From NCBI RefSeq assembly GCF_006345805.1, contig NC_043007.1:26288001-26352000 (forward strand): DNA of 64,000 nucleotides. The letters run 5' to 3'. How positions within the stretch are numbered: the first letter of the stretch is position 1; each line of letters opens with the position of its first letter. The notes below the pieces were generated by a model. That model ran no database searches and was not told the DNA's origin. It worked only from the letters and a program-made list of their open reading frames with translations. The DNA is from Octopus sinensis (taxonomy: Eukaryota). Below are positions 39,079-52,039 of this stretch, one piece after another. The position numbers and the translations under genes were made by a program.

Positions 39079-39106
39079 ATTATTATTATTATTATTATTA
39101 TTATGA

Positions 39107-39219
39107 GTGAGAGAGCAGTTCATGCCATCAAAGTCACACTGGGGTAAAATATACGAAGCCCAATATACCCATCATGACTACTCGTCTGATAAAGGCACAC
39201 CAGGCACATGCATCACACC

Positions 39220-39220
<1 letters not shown>
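39107..39220. mobile_element. Fragment of the (TAA)n-associated unclassified repeat
   Basis: Reverse complement of 50930-51041; (ATT)n on both sides. Confidence 0.75.
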
Positions 39221-39250
<30 letters not shown>

Positions 39251-39598
39251 GTTGTTGTTGTTGTTGTTGTAACAATTGCGTTTGTAAAACTGCAAAACGT
39301 TCTTACGAAACCAGAAAAGAATCTTCCCTAATGTTTCTGTCAATCTCTTTCATAAGATTTTTCATAAAATTAATAATTTTAATTTAATAAAATCTTTCTT
39401 CAATGTAAAGAGCTTTTTCTAAATTTCTTACACACACGCGCGCACACATACACACACATATGTAAATATGCCTATATGTATGTATATATGTATGTATCTA
39501 TGTATGTATGTGTATATATCCATGCATAAATGCATCCATGTATACGTATATAAGCACTACACACATATACACAGAAACACAAACTCACATACTCCTAC

Positions 39599-39638
<40 letters not shown>

Positions 39639-39663
39639 CCACACACACACACAATATATATAT

Positions 39664-39729
<66 letters not shown>

Positions 39730-39730
39730 C

Positions 39731-39797
<67 letters not shown>

Positions 39798-40141
39798 CAC
39801 ACACACATATATATATATAGAGAGAGAGAGAGACAAGGAGAGAAAGGGAGAGGCATAGCACATGCTCGCATCTGTACACGCCTCCAGAGAAAAGGAGTGT
39901 CTTTTCATAATGGCATGCTAATTCATGACATATCTTGCTTCATTGAGTTTATCTCCCTTTCCAATAGAGAATTACTCGCAATCGCCTCTAGGTGTGCTGT
40001 TATTTGCCTTTATTCGAAGCGGTGATAATTTCTGTAAATGAAGTATTTATCTTGCACGATGGTTTGTACACTTTCGTCTTCCCTCTGCAAATATTCAAGC
40101 AACTGTCCACTCGCAGATTTTCTATTTGCTCATCTTTTGCA

Positions 40142-40180
<39 letters not shown>

Positions 40181-40249
40181 ATCTATCTATCTATCTATCT
40201 ATCTATCTCTGTCTTTGTCTCTGTCTCTGCCTGTATGTATGTCTCTCTC

Positions 40250-40343
<94 letters not shown>

Positions 40344-40458
40344 TACACACATATATATATATATGTATATGTATATGTATATGTATATATATACATACAT
40401 ATATATATATTTATATATATACTGAGATATATACTTATATACACGCACATATATATAT

Positions 40459-40527
<69 letters not shown>

Positions 40528-40899
40528 TGTATGTATGCATGTACGTACGTATGTATGTATGTATGTATGTATGTATGTATGTATGTATGTATGTATGTAT
40601 GTATGTATTATGTATGTATGTATGTATGTATTTGTATTTATATGTACATATGTACGAGGGGGTGCTGAAAAGGCGTGATTGGAGGCCCAACCTCGCACAC
40701 AAGTACATAGACATTTATGCAAAGGCATATATGCACTCGTAGACACGCAAGTAAGAGGCGAAACAATTCAAGATTCCTCGAATTCTAAATTCAAAATATG
40801 AGAAAATCTGTTGAAATTCTAGTAATATCAATATATGTATATATATACGTAACTACCGACTAAATCCATCCACCAGAGTATGGAAAATTCACGATTTTT

Positions 40900-41950
40900 A
40901 ATGGATAGTTCCATTCTCATGGCTGAGGATCGTGGGCCTTAGATGTGACCTTCTCTCTATGCCACATACTACTGCCTCAGCCGTACATTCCACTAGTGTT
41001 CTCCGGGGCCAGTCTTTGATACCACAGCTCCATTTTTGCCTTTGTCGTCGACAAGCTCCTCTTCCGCTTAACCGGCTCTCGATGATGCAGAAACGACCGA
41101 AAGATTATAGTGTCAGTCATCTGAACATTGTCAACAGCTTTAGTTTCTTTCACATCTAATCCAAGGTTAAATTGTTTGTTATAAAGACCGGCAAATCAAT
41201 CTGTAGTACTCGCCTAAAGCATGTCATTTTGGACATCCTCGGTCGCTCGGTCTCAACCACCCTTCTCTTCATGCCCGGACTCAGAAGGAGCAAGGTAAGT
41301 GATCTATGGCTGTTCAAATAGGCTGTATAAATGTATGTGGCCTGATGACGAACTGGAAACAGGGGCGTTTCCTGAATGACATCAGGTCACACAATTTAGA
41401 TATTGTTGAAGCTACTGAAACTCGGTTAAAAGGGCCAAGAGATCTACTCCCGCTCCTGAATGGCTATGAGAGATATATCTCTCCATGTCGGCAGGGGGGC
41501 GGAAGTGGGGTGTTGGTCCTACTTAAAAGGAATAGAGTTTCGGAGAAAAAAGTGATTTTTGTTGACCCAGAGGGCAGGCTGGTCGTTCTGGATCTGACAT
41601 TCAGTTGTGGTAAGGAGATCAGGCTGGTGGCGGTGTACGCACCCCAAACACAACAGACTGATTTCTTTCGGGGTCTGGAGAAATTTTTAGGGACGTCAAA
41701 ATCCATAGTGATGCTAGGGGACTTTAACACCCTTCTCTTCATGCTTAACGCCCATGTATAGCTACCCGCCAGATCGAGTATTTTAGAAGTTTCAGTTTGA
41801 TATTCCTTTAGAGAAGGCATGTTACAGGGTGGAATACAGAGGACGGACTTTTCTAAACTGCCTATTACTCAGCCCCCATGAGAGGGACATATGTCCGACA
41901 GGTACCATTCTGTCCCTGGTGTCTTAGCATTTGTCTTTTCTTTTCGGCTG
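40900..41950 (-). pseudogene. Decayed RTE-like LINE 3' region (host of a Tx1 fragment)
   Basis: Minus strand: LAGSYTWAL..|..KMTCFRRVLQIDLPVFITN..RRQRQKWSCGIKDW, matching RTE-clade YGxExWTL..EMxCxRRxLxI..W motifs. Confidence 0.6.
41275..41727 (+). mobile_element. Tx1-like APE endonuclease fragment flanked by a 17-bp direct repeat
   Basis: MAVQIGCINVCGL..ATETRL..RLVAVYAP..IVMLGDFN; CACCCTTCTCTTCATGC at 41258-41274 and 41728-41744. Confidence 0.9.
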
Positions 41951-41994
41951 AAGCCATGGTGCTGTAGACGATAGAGCATTGCCTGTTTGCCAGC

Positions 41995-42230
41995 GACAGT
42001 TACACGTCAGAGAAGCTTTGATACGGAGTCCGAATCGTTCTGTTCATAGTCATTCCACTGAACTTGGCTTCAGTAATCGATCAGTAAGGCGTACTTTGCA
42101 GGAAGACCTAGATTTCCACCCGTACAAATTGGTTATTGGGCAACAGTTGAAACCATGAATCTATGCACAGAGCAGAAATGCATCGATGAAAACATTATGG
42201 ATGTTGCTTTCAACACTTGATTTTAACACA
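41995..42230 (+). pseudogene. Tc1/mariner transposase N-terminal (HTH) relic
   Basis: VREALIRSPNRSVHSHSTELGFSNRSVRRTLQEDLDFHPYKLVIGQQLKP* resembles the SPxxSxR..L..S..SVxRIL..DL.xHPYK motif. Confidence 0.75.
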
Positions 42231-42380
42231 TCCTCACAAGTTATAGAGGATAACTGCACATTCTCGTAAATCTCACAGATGTAAATTGGTAAGTAATTTT
42301 CTTTTTTATCCATGCCAAAAATTAAGCATATTGAATATTGAATTCTTTAAAAATTTACGCAATATGCGTTATTTACCAGT

Positions 42381-42765
42381 GTGGAGGCGCAATGGCCCAG
42401 TGGTTAGGGCAGCGGACTCGCGGTCCTAGGATCGCGGTTTCGATTCCCAGACCGGGCGTTGTGAGTGTTTATTGAGCGAAAACACCTAAAGCTCCACGAG
42501 GCTCCGGCAGGGCATGGTGGTGATCCCTGCTGTACTCTTTCACCACAACTTTCTATCACTCTTACTTCCTCTTTCTGTTGTACCTGTATTTCAAAGGGCC
42601 GGCTTTGTCATTCTCTGTATCACGCTGAATATCCCCGAGAACTACGTTAAGGGTACATGTGTCTGTGGAGTGCTCAGCCACTTACACGTTAATTTCACGA
42701 GCAGGCTGTTCCGTTGATCGGATCAACCGGAACCCTCATCGTCATAACCGGCGGAGTGCTTCCAC
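42381..42765 (+). mobile_element. Full-length SINE family A with 10-bp TSD
   Basis: TSD ATTTACCAGT at 42371-42380 and 42766-42775. Confidence 0.93.
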
Positions 42766-43880
42766 ATTTACCAGTAGAAATTTAAAAATAGTTTTACTTT
42801 TTTTATCCGTAACTGAGGGGTTTAATATGAATTCAAGAACTATTTATTAACGTTAAGATGTTCTTTTTTATACAAAATAAAAGGCATTCATTTTAATCAA
42901 CTGATATTTGGGATTCGAGTCTTTCAACCATTATAAAATAAGCAGCCATATAAATTTGAAATGAGGTTCAACCCCATTTCCGATACAGTTGACCATACGA
43001 TCACCAGTTTTCAAGTAATTTAAATCTGCCGACTGAAAACGAGGCTATAATAATATAATCCCTGCACACTTGCCCACTATATGTATTATTTTTTTAGGAA
43101 ACATCACTACCACGCTCCGTGTCAATCGAAATGTCATCAACAGCAGTGATTTGGCGTAAACAATTTTTTTCACAATTATTCTACCTTAGGTTCAAAGTTT
43201 ATTTCCACTTCCCCACGTTATTGTTATTACTTGTAACCTGTGAAATCCAATTATTTTCTATCTCATGGTTGTGGCAAGATAAATGCGTTTAATTATTATT
43301 TTCGTTTCTTTATTTTTTATATCGAAAATTATTGCTTTTAAAATACGCTTCAACGAAAAACAGTCAACAAAGTAAATTGTATTATTCTTAACCTTTACAT
43401 TTAGTCTAGCGATGCTTAGGACTCAGAGGTCCAAAACATGGCAGAGCACACATATAGTTACACACAAGCTACCATACGTGAAGATGATGGAAACGATTTA
43501 ACTTATTGAAATTAGGATCCGAATGAGAAAAATAGCCATTAGTGTGAATAAACATGTATTGTCAGAAGAAACAAGGGAGAGAACTTCCTTAACTGAACTG
43601 TACCAAATAGTAAATGAAGAAATACAGACGCATGTAAACATTAATCTTTAGCAGCTTTGATGGCAACTCCAGATATGATTCAGTTTTGTGAGGCCTCTCC
43701 ATTGAAATAGAATTCACTAAAACGATCCAATATCTCAGATGGTTAATAGAAGTAGTTTGTTTGGAAAGCATCCAGGGATTATCTAAATTCCTATAATGAC
43801 ATTGAAAACTTCTCCAAATATATCTTCTGCATGAATGGTTTGCGCGCCAAAAAAAATGTATAGAAGTATTTTGTCCGTCT

Positions 43881-43991
43881 GATAAATTAAGTACCAGTTA
43901 CGCACTGGGGTCGATGTAATCGACTTAATCCGTTTGTCTGTCCTTGTTCGTCCTCTCTGTATTTAGCCCCTTATAGGTAGTAAAGAAATAG
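43881..43991 (+). mobile_element. 5'-truncated SINE-B inserted in an older SINE-B with 15-bp TSD
   Basis: TSD GTATTTTGTCCGTCT at 43866-43880 and 43992-44006; older copy continues to ~44065. Confidence 0.88.
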
Positions 43992-44535
43992 GTATTTTGT
44001 CCGTCTTTACGTCTTCGAATTCAAATTCTACCGAAGTCGACTTTACTTTTCATCCTTTCGATGCCACGCTTTCGTCATTCATTAAAATTAGAATACTAAT
44101 GAGGTATACTAATGAGTGGTTATTCGTATTAAAGGAAATATATTTTCAGAAGACACAAGGAAAAGAACTCGTAGAATTTCAAACAAAATGTTACAAGAAG
44201 AAACGAGGGTGTGGGTGATAGTAAGTTTAATCTTTAGTAATCTTATTGACTGCTTCGGACATGTTTAAGTATCATTAAACATTCCCATTTAACCATGATA
44301 CATGCACAGCTGCCAAGATATCAGAACATCTAATAGATGTATTTGAAGCGGTATATTACAATCAAACGCAAGTGGCTTATTAACTGTGGAAAGACTTTCG
44401 AAGCCAGATTGTCAATTTGTTTGTTATTAGTGCAAGACAAAAGGAATTGCTAATTAATAATAATTGGTACTTGGACGATACATTGTTCGCTTACTATTAT
44501 TTTAGTGTTTCGAGATAACTGTAACCTATGATCTC

Positions 44536-44920
44536 AGTGGAGGCGCAATGGCCCAGTGGTTAGGGCAGCGGACTCGCGGTCATAGGATCGCGGTTTCGAT
44601 TCCCAGACCGGGCGTTGTGAGTGTTTATTGAGCGAAAACACCTAAAGCTCCACGAGGCTCCGGCAGGGGATGGTGGTGATCCTTGCTGTACTCTTTCACC
44701 ACAACTTTCTCTCACTCTTACTTCCTGTTTCTGTTGTAGCTGTATTTCGAAGGGCCGGCCTTGTCACTCTCTGCGTCACGCTGAATATCCCCGAGAACTA
44801 CGTTAAGGGTACACATGTCTGTGGAGTGCTCAGCCACTTACACGTTATTTTCACGAGCAGGCTGTTCCGTTGATTCGGATCAACCGGAACCCTCGTCGTC
44901 GTAACCGACGGAGTACTTCC
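44536..44920 (+). mobile_element. Full-length SINE family A with 13-bp TSD
   Basis: TSD AACCTATGATCTC at 44523-44535 and 44921-44933. Confidence 0.93.
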
Positions 44921-45249
44921 AACCTATGATCTCTACGGATGATGGTAATGTATAATGTGAAAGGTTTGTAGTGTGAATAGTCATTTAGTATGTTTAAGTA
45001 AAGACATAATTCCGTGATAAATGAAGCGTTACATCACTTGGTCTGATATAGCTTGCATCTCTGTATTCCATTGAAATGTGATGGAAACAGTCTCAAGAAT
45101 GATTCGACTTTAGGAACAGCTGACAGTTCCAATATACAGTGTCCAGACTTACAGAGGTAGAATATATCCTATATTTGGATTTGATAATGTAACTGTAACT
45201 GGACTGCATATATATACTGTGTTCTTGCATTATGAGTACATATTTCGCC

Positions 45250-45590
45250 AAGGATGATTTTGCCCTTCATCCTTTCTGAGTCCATAAAATAAATATGAGT
45301 TGAACGCTGAGGCCGATGTTATCGTCTATCCCCACCCCTAAAATTTCAAGCCTCGTGCCTATAAAAGAAAGGAATATTTACTGCGTTCTAAGGCGTTGAG
45401 ATGGTGGAATCTTTAGAACACCGGACAAGACGTTTAACGGAATTTCGTCCGTCTTCCCGCTGAGGTTGACTTTGCCCTTTCATCGTTTCGTGATCGATGC
45501 AATAAATACCAGCTGATCACTGGAGTCAATGTAATCGACTAAACTCCCTCCCCCGAAATTGCTGGCCACGTGCCAAAATTCGAAACCAAT
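45250..45590 (+). mobile_element. Cluster of degenerate SINE-B fragments
   Basis: TTTGCCCTTCATCCTTTC and GACTTTGCCCTTTCATCGTTTCG cores. Confidence 0.65.
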
Positions 45591-45994
45591 ATTTATTGTG
45601 CTCTCTGTGAGCCCTCCACAGGAGGAAACGACCATACAGCCACTCCGACGCCTATTGATGTTTCTGATTGAATAAATAGGTTCTGATGAGATATTTGTGG
45701 TATGACACTTTCCAAGCAACTTAAGCTTATTGAAAAATTTATATTTATGAAATCCGATAGACTCAATAATTCCGTTATTGAGAAGAGAAAAAGATGTAAC
45801 GTTTTGGACATAGGTCGTTCGACGAATTTCCTAGATATGAAGAATATTTTTTAAATGATATTGATGGATATAGGGAAATTTTTTTCTATTAGTGACGGAA
45901 AACCACTAGCTCTATTTGATGTTAGGCTAAGGGTGGAATGTAGAATAAACTAGGTAATATATATTTCTGTGGAGTAATAGGTTATATATATATA

Positions 45995-46051
45995 TATCCT
46001 GATGATTCCATTTGAATGAAACATTTCTAGTCCTGTAGAAGCTCCTTCTAT

Positions 46052-46055
<4 letters not shown>
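45995..46055 (+). mobile_element. Short copy of the 14.9-kb hammerhead family in (TA)n; stem I 5' strand mostly lost
   Basis: TC-CTGATGA-TTCCATTTGAAT-GAAA-CATTTCTAGTCCTG-TA-GAAGCTCCTTCTATA. Confidence 0.75.
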
Positions 46056-46146
<91 letters not shown>

Positions 46147-46151
46147 ATATT

Positions 46152-46525
46152 GTGGAGGCACAATGGTCCAGTGGTTAGGGCGGCTGACTCGCGGTTGAAG
46201 GATTGAGGTTTCGATTCCCAGACCGGGCGTTTTGAGTGTTTATTGAGCGAAAATACCTAAAGCACCACGATGCTCCGGTAGGGGTGGTGGCGAACCCTGC
46301 TGTATTCTTTCACCATAACTTTCTTTCTTTCTGTTTCTGTTGTGCCTGTATTTTAAAAGGCCAGCTTTGTCACACTCTGTGTCACGCTGAATCTCCCCGA
46401 GAACTACGTTAAGGGTACACGTGTCTGTGGAGTGCTCAGCCACTTGCACGTTGATTTCACGAGCAGGCTGTTCCGTTGATCGGATCAACAGGAACCCTCG
46501 TCCTCGTAACCGACGGAGTGCCACC
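46152..46525 (+). mobile_element. SINE family A (slightly diverged)
   Basis: Head GTGGAGGCACAATGGTCCAGTGG; tail CGTAACCGACGGAGTG. Confidence 0.9.
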
Positions 46526-47164
46526 ATATATTTCTAATTGTACTTCCTTGTTAAACATGTTCTAGATTGTCTTAAAATCCACATTTTATTTATACCTCAT
46601 TATAATAGGCTGCGGCTCGGAGGAATATGCCCTCTTCGGCGGAGAGGTTCTGGTTGGATATTTTTTATATTACTAATCTCTTGTGATTGTGGGTTCTTAT
46701 AGAATTTTATTATGTATACAATAATTTCATTTAGTCTTTTGTTATGTTAAACATTGACTGTAATGAAAATTAATGCAATGCATAAAAATCTGATGATTCT
46801 AAAACTGGTATTGATAGTGATTTTCACAATAAAATTTATTAAATTATTAGCGTTTTCCTAACTCGTCATCTCTATAGAGTCATAGAGCTGGAAGATTTTT
46901 TTTTATTTTTAAGTACATCTTAAATCTATAAGAGGGAAAATTCTGAAACTTTGGTTCCATGCATCTATGCTTCCCAACGAGATGTCCAAAAGTTCATAAT
47001 TATTTTTATTCCAGAGGTAGTCATCAAAAAACAAGACTTCATAGCGTTTATTATTACACTGCTGTCATACTCACCAATAATGGTCAATATTTTCTGGAAT
47101 TCGAAAATTTTCTGGAGAAAGTTTCAAGAAGATGATTAATAAATTTCCATTATATTGAACTATC

Positions 47165-47505
47165 TGAGACCCACTTCGGTCACGACACAGACCATGGGAT
47201 TGCACCTAGAAAACCACCCTCCCAGGCACAAGTCCAGGCAAGGTTGTTTATGGAAGACCAGCAGTCGCCCATGCATAACGGCCTCCCCTCTCCACACCAC
47301 TGATGTTTTCCAGGGGAAAGGCAAAGGCCAATACAGTTTGGCACCTGTGACGTCGCAACTCATTTCTACAGCTGAATGAACTGGAGCAACGTGAAATAAA
47401 GTGTCTTGCTCAAGAACACAACACGCAGCCCGGTCGGGGAGTCGAGCTCACAACTTCACGATCGTAAGCTCGACACTCTAACCACTGAGCCATGCGCCTT
47501 CACTA
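47165..47505 (-). mobile_element. Full-length SINE family C
   Basis: Minus head GTGAAGGCGCATGGCTCAGTGGTTAGAGTG; body shared with 15815-16405. Confidence 0.88.
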
Positions 47506-48550
47506 AATCTGCAAGGTAGTATATATCTGTTTTATTCCACTAATTACACAACTTTGTTTCGTTGCGAAATTGTCGTAGCGTTTATAATCTTACATAATCT
47601 TATAATTCTGAGAGAGTTAATCTTGAGAGATATATTTGTGGACTATACCCATGTATTCTTGGGGAGTTAAGTAGTTGATATGTGGAGCTGAATAAAAGTT
47701 TTTGTGGTCCTTCAAAGTAATATACAAATTAGTTTTTTAAGGTTATGGGTTCCACTCTGCTGTATTTTCTTTTTCTTATTCTTTGCTGATATAAAGCTCT
47801 GTCTTTTGTCCTGGCAATGTTACCTATAAAAATTTAGGAGTTTTCTGCAATTAATTTCATACAGTTTTTATGCTTTGTTAATAGATATGTAAATATTACA
47901 GAAATTTCTATTAAACTTCATATAGTAATTTAAGAGAGTTTGGAACATAGTGTGTTTTATAAACTTATAATTTCTATCTTATCTATATGTTGACTTTCAA
48001 AGTTTGCAACTGTTTGCTGGAGTAAAGGCGGTGCTCCAGCATTGCCACAGTCAAATGACTGAAACAAGTAAAAGAGTAAAAGAGTAGATAACAACAATAA
48101 CTACAGGACAATTATCGTAGTTCTAGTTTAATTGTTGCTGGTGCTAACAGGTTATTACTAATACTTGCGTGTCTCTAAAACCAACATCATGACCAAGCTA
48201 TGCAGTTTGGTAAGTACAATGCAGTTTATACATTTCCGAAGAGTTCTAATAAGTTTGAAACATGTATGACATTTTCTCTCACAATTATCTAATTGATTGG
48301 AATAAAATCGAATCACTAATGTCTTTGAACCGATATTGAACCAATATTGTCTCTTCCTCACAATATAATTATTAATAAATTAGTAGCACCGTACTCACTG
48401 CACTAAACATGTTAACAAAAGCTTAACTATTGTTTTTTCATGTAGATGGTGTCCCTGAATAATTAATCTCAGTGACAAACACATATTTACAACATGCGTG
48501 AGTATATATATGCATACGTATATGTACGTATGCATAAATGTATGCATCTT

Positions 48551-48595
<45 letters not shown>

Positions 48596-49141
48596 TTACA
48601 TCCATATACATCCAGCCCGCCCCCCTTCTCTCACATTCTACGTCTTTATGCTTCCTTCCCCATATGCCTCTATTTATTTCATTAGCTCAATCACTTACGC
48701 ATACAAACACACATACACTTTCTCCCTCTCCGCTCGCTCCCTCTCTCCCCCCCACTCCCCCCTCTCTCCCAGCCTATACTTCTGTTTCATACTATCACTG
48801 ACACTTCTCTATACCTCTCTACTTCCTGCTCTCTCTCTATCTATCAATCTCTCCTTCATTCTCTATTCCTCTCTCTCTCCTTCGTAATATCTTTCGCTTT
48901 TTTTTCCCTACAATTCTCTCCTCACTATGTCTACCTCTGTATGTATCTGTTCCCTTATGTTCTCATATTTACCTTAATCCTCTTATCTATTTCTCTTACT
49001 GCCCCTTAAATCTTTCTATGCAAACTTCTCTACTACCCACTCTCCGATTCTTTATCTCTAATTTTCCCTTTGCTTCCCTCCTATTTCTGTCTTTCTCTTC
49101 CTATTCGCATCCCTGTCTGCTTTCATCTATCTATATATCTG

Positions 49142-49192
<51 letters not shown>

Positions 49193-49201
49193 GTCTGTCT
49201 A

Positions 49202-49258
<57 letters not shown>

Positions 49259-49959
49259 AATCTATCCATCTATCTGCCTAGCTCTTTCTCCTTCTCTACT
49301 CCACCCTTCAACCTTTCTACAATTCGTTCGTTCCCTCGTAATATCACGTCTCGCACCATTAAAACTGGAATGAGGATTGATTCTGCATCCGGTCGGATAA
49401 CAAAGAACGAAAACGAAGTGGAAGGTGAAAAAAGGGGGAAGCAGGGAGGTGAGAGATAGACAGAAAGAAAGAAAAGGAGGCAGAGCCCAAAGAACGAAAG
49501 TAAGGAAGAAAGAAAGCGAGTAAGAAAGAAAGAAAAACAAGAAAGAGAAAAAGAAGAAAAGAAAAAATTAAAACCGAGCGAAGGGATATAAAATGGTATA
49601 GGACTTCTAGCAGGCAGTGCATCCGTTTATGGACGAATGCGTTTCTATTGGGAAAAATTGTTGGTGTTGGGGTAGGGTGAAAACATTAAGGTTTGGGGCG
49701 AGGTGCTGAAAAATCTACGTTGAGGTTTCGTTTGCGCGGCGGCGCTCGAACAAACCCCACGCCTTCCCGCTCCTGTTCTCCATCAGATCTCGACATCAAC
49801 CGCCTGCCCGCCCGCCTGCCCAACCCTTGCCACCTAACAACAGACATATAGCCGCTATATTTAATGACGTTACCAGCCGCATCTCAACCCAACATACACA
49901 CACTAAATTACACTACCACCAACACAGCGCACTAAACGCCACCACTACCACAGCTCAAC

Positions 49960-50157
49960 CACTAACACAGCACCACCACTACCACAGCTCAACCACTAAC
50001 ACAGCACCGCCACCACCACCACTACTACTTCTACTACTACTACTAGTACCACCGCTATTACTACCACCACTAATACTACTACCACCACTATTACTACCAC
50101 CACTATTACTACCACCACTACTACTACAACCACCACTATTACTACCACCACCACTGT

Positions 50158-50193
<36 letters not shown>

Positions 50194-50299
50194 CATTACT
50201 ACTATCAACACTACAACCACTAATACCACCACCACTACTCACCACTACCACTGCTACTATAAGCACTACCACCACTACTACAACTGATACTACTACCAA

Positions 50300-50331
<32 letters not shown>

Positions 50332-50470
50332 ATATTATTATTACTACTACAACAATCACTCCTGCACTAACCAGTCACTGCACCACAGCGCATTGTAGTG
50401 CTACTCCATTGCACTATCAACGTCACCACCACCACCACCATCACTCTTCAGTATCACATCACCAGAACAC

Positions 50471-50530
<60 letters not shown>
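49960..50530. repeat. Compound CAC/TAC/TAA microsatellite
   Basis: Directly visible. Confidence 0.9.
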
Positions 50531-50532
<2 letters not shown>

Positions 50533-51041
50533 CTTAACTGATTGGAAGTGTTATCATGTACATTGTTTTGTCTTGGTATAAAAGATGGGCTACAGCAAAT
50601 ATTCTGCTCAATACCACAGATTTGCTTGTCAGTTGTTTGACCTTAACCAGTTGAGCATGTCCCTTAGTGGCTGACGATATGTGCATCTCTGATCACGAGC
50701 AGAAGTAGTGGGGGAGCATCATAGCCATGTGTTGAGAGGGATTCTTTGGGGTTTGAATAGTTCACCTCTGGAAACATGGGTGGTTCTTTCACATCCTTAA
50801 GCAACCCTTATTCAGGGACCGTTTGAGCGGGATGGGCTACTCAACCTGAAGAAAATTCTAACTGGGCCCCACCTGCAAGGTCATGTGCTGTTTATCTTGA
50901 TATGAGATCACCATGTCGCGCACATATGGTTGTGATGCATGTGCCTGTGTACCTTTATCAGACGGGTAGTCATGATGGGTATATTGGGCTTCGTATATTT
51001 TACCCAGTGTCACTTTGATGGCATGAACTGCTCTCTCACTC
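50531..51041. mobile_element. Unclassified ~510-bp interspersed repeat flanked by (AAT)n on both sides
   Basis: Ends shared with 3472-3540 and 39107-39220; non-coding. Confidence 0.7.
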
Positions 51042-51083
<42 letters not shown>

Positions 51084-51129
51084 AATAATACCAAGGAAAA
51101 CAACACCAGCAATAATCACACCATCAGCA

Positions 51130-51195
51130 GCAGCAGAAACAGCAGCTGCTGTCATCGTAATATCATTGTCATCATCATCGTTCACCATCATCATT

Positions 51196-51242
<47 letters not shown>

Positions 51243-51313
51243 TATCATCGTCATGGTCATCGTCGTCGTCGTCGTCCGCATCGTCATCGTCATCATCATC
51301 ATTATCATCATCC

Positions 51314-51347
<34 letters not shown>

Positions 51348-51392
51348 TATCGTCATCACCATCGTCATGGTCATCGTCGTCGTCGTCTTCCG

Positions 51393-51431
<39 letters not shown>

Positions 51432-51568
51432 TATCATCATCACCATCGTCATAGTCATCGTCGTCCGCATCGTCATATCATCATATCATCATCATCATCA
51501 TATCATCATCATCATTATCATCATCACCATCGTCATGGTCATCGTCGTCGTCGTCGTCGTCCGCATCG

Positions 51569-51632
<64 letters not shown>

Positions 51633-51830
51633 TGTCATCATCATCGTCGTGGTTGTCGTCATCATCATCGACACCGTCACTATCAACTTCAACATCAACT
51701 ACAGCAGCATCAGGACCACCATCGTCAAGGCCCCCACACACACACACCCACACTATCATCATCACTCCTATCATTACCACCACCACCAGCACCACGAACA
51801 CCATTATCATCATCGTCGTCATCAGACCAT
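51130..51830. repeat. (CAT)n/(CGT)n microsatellite with higher-order repeat
   Basis: ATCGTCAT(G/A)GTCATCGTCGTC..CCGCATC block recurs four times. Confidence 0.85.
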
Positions 51831-52039
51831 AAGCATCACGATCAGTTTGTTTATCACATTCGCAATTTCCCCATAAACCGAAACCCCGTCCGTCACTTAC
51901 AAGATGAAAAACAAGAACATTTACATCTCCCAACACCTCCACAATCATCACCACTACCACAGTAACAACAAGCACCACCACTGCAGCAACCACCACTACA
52001 ACTGTCTCCACAACTACCACTACAACCGCCACAACTACC

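Noticed and set aside
30593-40746. Many long YI/HT/VC/LS-repeat ORFs
   Set aside because: Translations of (TA)n, (CA)n, (TACA)n and (TCTA)n microsatellites
41340-41370. CTGATGA..GAAA hammerhead-like match
   Set aside because: No stem II or stem I pairing; lies in Tx1 coding sequence (LMTNWKQG)
42381-42455. tRNA-like sequences at SINE heads
   Set aside because: A and B boxes present but no acceptor-stem closure, and they continue into SINE bodies with TSDs; not functional tRNA genes
42465-42717. Recurrent ORFs MFIERKHLK.. and MVVIPAVLFHHNF.. seen at several loci
   Set aside because: They recur only because they lie inside SINE family A copies; not genes
45620-45710. GAAA..CTGATGA possible type II hammerhead
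   Set aside because: Flanking segments do not pair to form stem II or III
50840-50880. CTGAAGAAAA in the TAA-associated repeat
   Set aside because: No stem II hairpin between core segments
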